Shown piece by piece: positions 17,706-24,878 of a stretch of DNA of 64,000 nt. Positions within the stretch are counted from its first letter, which is position 1. Every line of letters begins with the position of its first letter. This DNA comes from Anaerolineales bacterium. Its GTDB lineage: Bacteria > Chloroflexota > Anaerolineae > Anaerolineales > E44-bin32. The notes beneath the pieces are model-generated. The model made no database searches and was not told the DNA's origin. It worked only from the letters and a program-made list of their open reading frames with translations. Made by a program: the position numbers and the translations under genes. The DNA lies in NCBI GenBank assembly GCA_036397095.1, contig DASWJQ010000099.1:11728-75727 (forward strand), given 5' to 3'.

Positions 17706-18808
17706 TGTCGCTCGAGCAACAGCGCGCCTGCAACCAACCCGCTCCCCCCAAACAACAAATCACGGCCGCGAATCACAAGGGCCAGTGCCAGACCGGCCTC
17801 GGCTGGAAAGCCTAACTGGCCAAGCGCCAGCACCTGGCTCGCCTCCAAGGTTCCGAGGCCAGCTGGCAACGGAAGCAGGATCGCCACGCGGGCAGCCGTC
17901 AGCACGGCGACCGCCTCCAGTGGATCGAGCGAAAACCCTAGGAAGCCGGCCATCAACCAGTATTCGAAGACCAACAGGACCCAGGTGGTCAGGGAGGCTA
18001 ACAGTGCTCCAACCAGCCAGCCGGGCCGTCGGGCGAAAACGGAGCCGGCCGAGCTCTCCACCTCGGCCAACCACGCCTGCCACTTCTCCCAGCCAGGCAA
18101 GGCTTGAGCCCGCCGGGGCAACCAGCCCAGCAGCCAGCGCAATGGCTGGCCCCCGCGCGCGGCCGCCAGTAGGTAGGCCAGCGGCAGGCACACCAGGCCG
18201 CCCGCCACCAGAATCATCCCGGCGACAAGCGGCGTTTCGAGCAGGCCCAGCTGGGCCACAACCAGCAGACCGAACAACAGGAAGCTGAAATTTACGACCA
18301 GTTCGAGTGCCTTGTCCAGCGCGACGGAAGCCGCTCCTTGCGAGGCCGGCAGGTCATGCCGCTGACGCAGTAACTGGACCAACAGCGGCTCACCACCAAA
18401 CTGGGGTCCTGGCGTGAAGTAGCTGACGGCAAACCCGGCCAGGCGGTAGAGCGACAGCCAGCCGTAGACCACAACTACCTGTTGCGCCCGCAGTACCAGC
18501 CACCAGCGGCTGCTGAGGGCCAGCAGCACCCCAGCGTTGACCACCAGAATCAGGCCCATTTCCACGGGATGCAGCCCGGACAACAGCGCCGCCAGGTTCG
18601 CCCAATCGACGCCCCGCAGGGCGAGCGCCAGCAGCACGACAACCAGCAACCACAAGATGGCGCGCAGCCAAGGTCGTTGGGGGCGGCCCGCAGAATCAAC
18701 TTGGTGCGGCGAGGAGGCCCCCGACCCGCCCGTCATGAGCAACTCGACCCGGCCCCGATGGCCCTGTGGACCGGGCGGCAGCCTGTCAGGTTGACCGGGG
18801 TTGGCCAT
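17702..18808 (-). CDS. Flippase-like membrane protein (MprF / lysyl-PG synthase TM-region family, UPF0104)
   Basis: Multi-TM. The N-terminal region LALALRGVDWANLAALLSGL...LLALSSRWWLVLR is typical of the family. The start is uncertain: ATG 18808, 18736 or 18877. Confidence 0.7.
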   Translation of the reverse strand: MANPGQPDRLPPGPQGHRGRVELLMTGGSGASSPHQVDSAGRPQRPWLRAILWLLVVVLLALALRGVDWANLAALLSGLHPVEMGLILVVNAGVLLALSSRWWLVLRAQQVVVVYGWLSLYRLAGFAVSYFTPGPQFGGEPLLVQLLRQRHDLPASQGAASVALDKALELVVNFSFLLFGLLVVAQLGLLETPLVAGMILVAGGLVCLPLAYLLAAARGGQPLRWLLGWLPRRAQALPGWEKWQAWLAEVESSAGSVFARRPGWLVGALLASLTTWVLLVFEYWLMAGFLGFSLDPLEAVAVLTAARVAILLPLPAGLGTLEASQVLALGQLGFPAEAGLALALVIRGRDLLFGGSGLVAGALLLERH

Positions 18809-20021
18809 GCTCACCTGCACGATTGGCAAACAACTTCTCGCTGGGACTCCAGATGGAGTAGCGTCCGCTGCCGGCAATCAAGATACCGAGCGTAGCCGTC
18901 AGGCCAATCGTGCGCCAGGGATCGAGGCCGACGGCGGCAATGGTCAGGCCCAGCGGGAAGAGCATGACAAAGGCGGCAAAGCGGGCGGCGTAGCCCAGCA
19001 GCATAGCGGTGCCTGTCAGCACAACCAGCCCGCCAAAGAAAGTGGAGACAGCCGGCGCCGGTACAAGGCCCAAGGACCCAAGTCCCCTCACCAGTTCGGG
19101 CGAGCCCGCCAGGTAGCGCGGCGCCTGGGCAAGCGCAAAACCGGCGATCGCCAGGCGCAAGATCACCGGCATCAATCGCAGGACGATCTTGCGCAATCGG
19201 GAGCGCCAGCGCAGGTACGCCGCCGATCTGGGATCGAGGCTGTCGCTCACCACCAGCGCATCCCTGACGAAGCCAGCCATGAAAGGCGTGAAGAAGATCC
19301 AACCGGCCAGGGCGAGCTCGGGCCGGTCGAAGATCGGCCACAGCGTCACCGAAATGAACCCCATCGTCAGGCCCGCCAGCGGACGGCGGAGGCCGCTAGG
19401 TGACAACGGTTGCACCCGCAGACCAGCCCGCTGCCGGATCCAGATCAGGACGGCAAAGGCATAGCGGGCCAGCCCGACCGTCAGGAAGATCGCCGGCAGC
19501 CGGCCATAGCCTATCGCCAAGTTGACGGCAGCGAAGACGCCGAGGGCGTCCAACTCAAGGTCGAGTGCTTCCCCCAGCGCCGATTGCTGGCGGCTCTTCC
19601 GGGCCAGGTAGCCATCGAAATAATCGAATACATCGGCCAGGGTATACCAGGCCATAGGAAGCCAGGCGGCCAGGCCATCAGCAGGGGGTGCCAACAGGCA
19701 GCCTGCCAGCGCCGCAATCAGCCAGCCCCGGGCCAACGTCAGCAGGTTGCCCGGCCCCAGCCGCTCGGCAACCGGGCCGCCTGGGTCCGGGCGGTGCAGG
19801 CGCAGATTCCTTCCTGTGAACCACCACAGGTAGAGCCAAACCGAGCCGGCCAGCCAGGGCCAGTGGGCAGGAACCGCCGCAGCCGGCCCCCACCATCGGT
19901 GCGCGGCGGCCAGCAACGCCAGGCCGGCTACCCCCAGCGACAGCCATTGCCGGCGCAGCCCAGCCGGCGCAGCCTGATCGACCTCGGTTTGCCCGCGTTG
20001 AGCAGGCAGATGTTGTGTCAT
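18786..20021 (-). CDS. CDP-alcohol phosphatidyltransferase with an additional C-terminal multi-TM domain
   Basis: DVFDYFDGYLARKSRQQSALGEALDLELDALG matches D-x2-DG-x2-AR...G-x3-D-x3-D. An extra hydrophobic C-terminal region of about 150 aa follows. Confidence 0.8.
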   Translation of the reverse strand: MTQHLPAQRGQTEVDQAAPAGLRRQWLSLGVAGLALLAAAHRWWGPAAAVPAHWPWLAGSVWLYLWWFTGRNLRLHRPDPGGPVAERLGPGNLLTLARGWLIAALAGCLLAPPADGLAAWLPMAWYTLADVFDYFDGYLARKSRQQSALGEALDLELDALGVFAAVNLAIGYGRLPAIFLTVGLARYAFAVLIWIRQRAGLRVQPLSPSGLRRPLAGLTMGFISVTLWPIFDRPELALAGWIFFTPFMAGFVRDALVVSDSLDPRSAAYLRWRSRLRKIVLRLMPVILRLAIAGFALAQAPRYLAGSPELVRGLGSLGLVPAPAVSTFFGGLVVLTGTAMLLGYAARFAAFVMLFPLGLTIAAVGLDPWRTIGLTATLGILIAGSGRYSIWSPSEKLFANRAGEHGQPRST

Positions 20022-20183
20022 CCCTGGAGAACTCGTTGCTTGCGATTGGGCTCAGGCCGCCTCATCGGGCCGATGGATCCAGTCCGAGCGCCCCGGCAGT
20101 GGGGCCAGGCGGGACAAGTGCCAAACGGGGCACACTGCTCGGCGTACCCTATTTGGCAGAGTGTGGAGCTCTTGAATTCCGGG

Positions 20184-21308
20184 CTAGAACTGGAAGGCAC
20201 CGTCTTTGTAGAACAGCGAGCCGTCCACCAGGATTTCCGAATCCTGCTGCAAATCGCAGATCATGTCCCAGTGGATCGCGCTCTGGTTGTGGTTGCCGGT
20301 CTCAGGGTAACCGGCGCCGACCGCCATATGGAAACTTCCACCAATCTTCTCGTCGAACAGGATGTTGCCGGTAAAGCGATCTATGCCAAAGTTGGTGCCA
20401 ATGGCGAATTCGCCCAGGTAACGTGAGCCGGCATCCGTGTCCAGGATCGTGGTCAACAGCTCCTGCCCCTTGTCGGCTGTGGCTTCGACCACCCGGCCCT
20501 CCTTGAAACCAAGCCGGATTCCGGAGACCACCTGGCCCTGGTAGACCGCCGGGTAGGTGAAGCGCACCCAACCATCGGCCGAATCCTCGACCGGCCCGGT
20601 GTAGATTTCACCGTCGGGCATATTGTGGTCACCAGAAGCATTTAGGAAGACTCGGTCCTTGACCGACAGCTTGAGCTCACAATTCGGGCCGCGGACCTCG
20701 ACCTGATTGGAGCCCTGGATGACGTCGATGGCCTTCTGCTGCTCTTTCTTGACCCCCTGCCAATAGACAACCGGGTCGTCTTCCTCCTGGACATGGTTGG
20801 CCTGGTAGACGAACTTCTCATACCCCTCCAGGCTCATGTCGGCCTGTTGGGCATACGCTTGGGTTGGGAACAGCGTGGTCACCCAGCGCAGCTCACCACG
20901 CTGGCCGCGGTCGAACTGAGTCGCCAATACCGACTTAAGCGCTCCGCGCCGCTTGCGGATACGTTCGGCGGGCATGGCGGCCAGCAGCTTGGTATTGGAT
21001 GCGGAGTGAATCCGGATCCGGCCTTCAAAGGTCTCATACGCCAGATCCATGAAGGGGGCTGGTTGCTCCAGCTGCTCCTGGTTGGCGTAGGTCATGAAGG
21101 TGGCGTCCATCCCTGACATCATGTCCAGGCCTTCAAAGCTGACCAGCAGATGGGGGTGACCGCCGGCCTTGAGCACGTGTTCAACCAAGGACCGCACCAG
21201 GGGCTCGGCGGCCACCTCGGCCTCGATAATGACGCGGTCTCCGGGGCGCACGCCCACGCTATAGCCAGTCAGCAAGCGGGCCATGCGGTCGATGCGGGGG
21301 TCGGTCAT
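20184..21308 (-). CDS. M29-family aminopeptidase (AmpS/PepS type)
   Basis: 374 aa. The N-terminus is MTDPRIDRMARLLTGYSVGVRPGDRVIIE and the C-terminal region is GTNFGIDRFTGNILFDEKIGGSFHMAVG. Confidence 0.9.
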   Translation of the reverse strand: MTDPRIDRMARLLTGYSVGVRPGDRVIIEAEVAAEPLVRSLVEHVLKAGGHPHLLVSFEGLDMMSGMDATFMTYANQEQLEQPAPFMDLAYETFEGRIRIHSASNTKLLAAMPAERIRKRRGALKSVLATQFDRGQRGELRWVTTLFPTQAYAQQADMSLEGYEKFVYQANHVQEEDDPVVYWQGVKKEQQKAIDVIQGSNQVEVRGPNCELKLSVKDRVFLNASGDHNMPDGEIYTGPVEDSADGWVRFTYPAVYQGQVVSGIRLGFKEGRVVEATADKGQELLTTILDTDAGSRYLGEFAIGTNFGIDRFTGNILFDEKIGGSFHMAVGAGYPETGNHNQSAIHWDMICDLQQDSEILVDGSLFYKDGAFQF

Positions 21309-21407
21309 GCAGCCTCCATCCTACAAGGGGCAACCGCGGCTTCGGGCGGTCGCACAGGGGAACCGGCGGCGCGCCCCCGAATTTCACCGCCGGGCGCCAT
21401 CAGCCCG

Positions 21408-21830
21408 TCAGGCTTTGATGGCGTAGGCGTCGATATCGCGAACTGGATCGTCCGGGTGCGTCGAATTCCACATTTGGGCCAACCGCTTCAAGCTGGCGCC
21501 GATGTTTTCGTGGCGGTCGATGCCGGCCCGGTAGGCATCCGTTGCACTCAGGCGTTCAACCAGGGCCGGATCGGTCTCCAGAGCAGCGCGAATCGTACCG
21601 TCAAGGTCAATGGCCGGCTTGATGCGACCGACGCCGGGAATCACCACTGGCCGTCCGCGCACCAGGTGCCAGAAGAGCAACTCGGGCAGGGCCTCGAGCG
21701 TCTTACGGATGGTCGCTCCGTCGAGATCGGTTTGCTCCACCAGGTATTCGACCGCCTCGTCGGCTGGCAACTCGTCTTCCAACTCCAAAACTGGACGGTA
21801 CCGCTGTATCACGTCGTGCACACTGGCCAT
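21408..21830 (-). CDS. Hypothetical protein, possibly with an HU/IHF-like fold segment
   Basis: GGAGG RBS 8 nt before ATG 21830. VVIPGVGRIKPAIDLDG is faintly HU-like. I recognise no confident family. Confidence 0.5.
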   Translation of the reverse strand: MASVHDVIQRYRPVLELEDELPADEAVEYLVEQTDLDGATIRKTLEALPELLFWHLVRGRPVVIPGVGRIKPAIDLDGTIRAALETDPALVERLSATDAYRAGIDRHENIGASLKRLAQMWNSTHPDDPVRDIDAYAIKA

Positions 21831-21906
21831 GCCTTTACCTCCCATAAGTTCGGAATGTCCATTCGCAGAACAGCGCGAATCATATCACCGGTTGCCGATG
21901 GTGCCG

Positions 21907-23277
21907 TCAGGCCCGTGGTTCCTGCCCAGCCTCGACCATGCGGCGGGCTGCCCGGCGGCCGATCTCGACGGCGAAATTCGTGCCTCGGTCCCAGGGATAG
22001 ACCTGGCTCATGCTGGCCAACCACAAGCCTTCGATCGGCGTGGCCAACGGCGGAATACTCTCCGAATGATTGACCGGCGGCACCGGCTGGGCATAGGGTG
22101 TTCGGAATAGCCAGGAATCGCGCACCCAACCCGGTTCGAAGGCGCTATTGAAACGCGGCAGCGCCTCGAAAAACCTGGCCTCCAACTCCGGCTGGGTCAA
22201 CGAGAAGTACTCGTGGTCGGGATCCAGGTAGTCCCCGCAGTACACAATGTGATCACCGCCGAAGAACTCGGGCGACAGGTAGTTCGTGTGTTCGACCAGG
22301 GCCAAAAACGGGAACCCGGCTTGCTTGGGCAAGTTATGCCAGTAGATCCCCTGCTCAGACAGGCGCTGGCGCAACGCCAGGATCAACACCACCGCCCCCA
22401 TCGATTTGAGCGACAGCAGCCGCTCCAAATAGCTGGCTGGCAGGCTGGGCGCCATGCGCGCCAACAAGGCAGGCGAGGTTGTCACCAAACACTGGTCGGC
22501 CTGCAGCGGGCCGGACTCTGCCTGAATCATGAGTCCGCCGTCGTTGCGCTCAATACGCTGGACAGGCGTCCGGTAGCGCAGGTCCACTCCCATCGAAAGC
22601 AATCGCTCCGCCAGGTCATCGGCAAAGGCCTGGAACCCACCTTCGTATGTGCCAAGCCGGGGCGTACGCGCCTTGACCCGCGCCCAGAACCAGGCCATGT
22701 TGACCTGTTCGTAGTGCGGGCCAAACTTGCCTTCAAGCAGCGGTTTCCACATGACCTCATAGGCCTTGTCCCCCATCTTGGCCCGCAGCCAGCGATCGGC
22801 CGTGTGCTGCTCCAGCGGCTGCCAGTTGCGGGTCAGCGTCAAGTAGAAGCCGACCAGTCCAGACCGCAGCCGCGCCGTCAGGGGCAGGCCAGGGAACGTC
22901 AAGACCCTGGCGGCCCGGGCCAGCATGCCGGCGGCGGGCAGGCGGTTGACCCATTTGCCGAGCGGCAACAGACTCGCAAGCGGTGCGTCCATTGGGTAGA
23001 ACTTGCCCTGGTGGTAGACGGCCGTCGTGGGCCAGGGGAAAAAGACTCGATCAGACCAACCGAGTTCGTCGATCAGCCCCAAGATATGACGATCGCTGGC
23101 AAACCAGTGGTGGTAGTAGCGCTCGACCGACCAGTCCCAGCGCGGCAGCTTGAATCCGGCGGCCAGCCCCCCGGGGTGATCGGCGGCCTCCAAGACGACG
23201 ACGCGCTTGCCGGCGCGCACCAGGTCGTAAGCCGCCGCCAGGCCACCAATGCCGGCACCAACGACGGCAACGGTCAT
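21907..23277 (-). CDS. FAD-dependent oxidoreductase (amine oxidase / CrtI / protoporphyrinogen oxidase superfamily)
   Basis: VAVVGAGIGGLAAAYDL...VLEAADHPGG is a dinucleotide fold. The start ATG 23277 forms an ATGA overlap with the upstream gene. Confidence 0.85.
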   Translation of the reverse strand: MTVAVVGAGIGGLAAAYDLVRAGKRVVVLEAADHPGGLAAGFKLPRWDWSVERYYHHWFASDRHILGLIDELGWSDRVFFPWPTTAVYHQGKFYPMDAPLASLLPLGKWVNRLPAAGMLARAARVLTFPGLPLTARLRSGLVGFYLTLTRNWQPLEQHTADRWLRAKMGDKAYEVMWKPLLEGKFGPHYEQVNMAWFWARVKARTPRLGTYEGGFQAFADDLAERLLSMGVDLRYRTPVQRIERNDGGLMIQAESGPLQADQCLVTTSPALLARMAPSLPASYLERLLSLKSMGAVVLILALRQRLSEQGIYWHNLPKQAGFPFLALVEHTNYLSPEFFGGDHIVYCGDYLDPDHEYFSLTQPELEARFFEALPRFNSAFEPGWVRDSWLFRTPYAQPVPPVNHSESIPPLATPIEGLWLASMSQVYPWDRGTNFAVEIGRRAARRMVEAGQEPRA

Positions 23278-24320
23278 GCCCCGGCCTCTTGCGCTATTTC
23301 GTGCTGGACGCGATCCCAACTCAGACTTTGGCGGGCCATGTAATACGCCCCCAGCAATGTGATGGGCAGCCAGAGGGCAGCATGCAGAACCAGGGTGTAT
23401 CCGGCGGCCAACGGCCCAGCAACGCCGTAGGCCTCGAGCACGGCAATCCCAGGCGCGTCAAAGGTGCCAACATAGCCCGGCGCCGACGGGATAGTTGTCG
23501 CCAGATTCACAATTCCGTTCATCAGCATTAGGGCAAAGAATGACACATCGAAGGGGAACGCCTGCATCACAAGCCAGTATTTGCCGGTCTCCAGCAGCCA
23601 GATAACGGTCGAGGTTGCCAACACCATGGCCACATCAGCCGGGGACCGCAGGGAAGACAGGCCATCGACAAAGCGTTCGATCAGACCCATGGCATTCGAT
23701 CGGAGAGAAATCGGCAGCAGCCGTTCAAGCAGCCAGGATGCGACCCGCAGCACAGGCTGGGGGAAAATCGCCATCAGCAAGAACACGAGTACGGCGGCGC
23801 CAAAGGCTGCCGTCCCCCACAGCGCGACCGTCTGGATGCCGCCGGCAAAGGTGGTACCGGCGGTCACCCGCGCCAGCTCCGGCAGGTTCACGAAGACGAA
23901 GGCCAGCATGACTACCCCGTCGAAGGCTCGTTCAACCACAATGGTGGCCAGCGAGGCCGAGATCGGGATTTGCCGCTGGCGCCGCAGCACGTAGGCGCGC
24001 AACAATTCGCCCGCCCGCGCCGGGTAGATGTTATTGCCCATGTAGCCAATGGCGACAATCGGGAACATCTCGCTAGTGGGGACGGCCTGCAGGGGGCGCA
24101 GCAAATAGTGCCAGCGCCAGGCTCGGGCCCAGACGGCCAACATATATGCCCCCACGCCCGGGATCAGCCAGACGTAGTTAGCGCCCTTGACTGCCCGCCA
24201 GACCTCCCCCAGTTGAAGACCGCGCAGCGCCAGCCAAAGGAACAGGGCGCTGATGACCACGCCTAGCCAGAACTGCCAGCGTTTCAATCGGCCTCCAAAC
24301 GAAAGGCGGGGCCGCTTCAC
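23274..24320 (-). CDS. Flippase-like membrane protein (MprF TM-region family, UPF0104), second paralog
   Basis: 348 aa, multi-TM. WLALRGLQLGEVWRAVKGANYVWL...RWHYLLRP...GNNIYPARAGELLRAYVL is family-typical. Confidence 0.8.
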   Translation of the reverse strand: MKRPRLSFGGRLKRWQFWLGVVISALFLWLALRGLQLGEVWRAVKGANYVWLIPGVGAYMLAVWARAWRWHYLLRPLQAVPTSEMFPIVAIGYMGNNIYPARAGELLRAYVLRRQRQIPISASLATIVVERAFDGVVMLAFVFVNLPELARVTAGTTFAGGIQTVALWGTAAFGAAVLVFLLMAIFPQPVLRVASWLLERLLPISLRSNAMGLIERFVDGLSSLRSPADVAMVLATSTVIWLLETGKYWLVMQAFPFDVSFFALMLMNGIVNLATTIPSAPGYVGTFDAPGIAVLEAYGVAGPLAAGYTLVLHAALWLPITLLGAYYMARQSLSWDRVQHEIAQEAGA

Positions 24321-24370
24321 CCCGCCGGTTGGATTCTACCATGTGCATTTGACAGCCTAGGCGACAGCAA

Positions 24371-24395
24371 GCGCCGCCGGCAATGCCGGCGGCGC
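24371..24395 (-). terminator. GC-rich hairpin downstream of the SWIM gene (no clear U-tract)
   Basis: Perfect 11-bp stem GCGCCGCCGGC-aat-GCCGGCGGCGC, 45 nt after the SWIM gene stop. Confidence 0.4.
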
Positions 24396-24439
24396 TGCTT
24401 CCACCCTCGCGCAACCGAGGGTTCTTAAGCCGAATGGTG

Positions 24440-24685
24440 TTAGGCGACTTCGGGTATGGCCGGGATCATCCCCTCAAGCACTCGCTCTAGGGCCATCGTG
24501 TGGCTGCAAACGCCACGCGTCAGGAAGAAATCACAATCACAACGCCACTCGTTGTCTTCGAAGTGAACGGTGTGCGGGTTGTTTTCACCATTGAAAGTGG
24601 CGCGAAACGCCTCGAATTGAATGCGACCCCGTTCTTCGGCGTATCGCTTGGCCTTCTCGATCTTGCCAATCATCCCGTAGTCCAT
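24440..24685 (-). CDS. Small SWIM zinc-finger protein
   Basis: 81 aa. CDCDFFLTRGVCSHTMA matches CxC-x(n)-CxH. AAGGAG lies 5 nt before ATG 24685, and the track's GTG 24691 lies inside that RBS. Confidence 0.75.
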   Translation of the reverse strand: MDYGMIGKIEKAKRYAEERGRIQFEAFRATFNGENNPHTVHFEDNEWRCDCDFFLTRGVCSHTMALERVLEGMIPAIPEVA

Positions 24686-24700
24686 CGACACTCCTTTGGC

Positions 24701-24745
24701 TGTGAAAACAAAAAGGCACGCGGGCGTAGTGCTAGCCCCGTGCCT
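24701..24745 (-). terminator. Rho-independent terminator/attenuator immediately upstream of the SWIM gene RBS
   Basis: On the minus strand: AGGCACG-GGGC...GCCC-CGTGCCT followed by TTTTTGTTTT. Confidence 0.7.
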
Positions 24746-24818
24746 GTGTGCGGCCTGACTTCATTTGTCCTTGACGGACCCTCACGGCGGATTCAATGCC
24801 TCCTGAGTAAGTGCACTC

Positions 24819-24847
24819 AGTATAGGCCGATGAATGCGGCTCGTCAA
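24819..24847 (-). promoter_or_regulatory. Sigma70-type promoter TTGACG-17 nt-TATACT
   Basis: The minus strand reads TTGACG agccgcattcatcggcc TATACT. It lies between the ClC pseudogene stop and the SWIM gene. Confidence 0.6.
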
Positions 24848-24878
24848 CGACGATCAGCCTACGGGCCCTGTACGCGGG

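Noticed and set aside
24701-24878. Fluoride (crcB-motif) riboswitch associated with the ClC gene.
   Set aside because: The structured leader lies downstream of the ClC pseudogene and is oriented toward the SWIM gene. The conserved GGCGAUGG...AACCGCC...CUGAUGA..CCUAC pattern is not present. Faint similarities to guanidine-class motifs (GGUCCG, ACACNGG) were too weak to claim.
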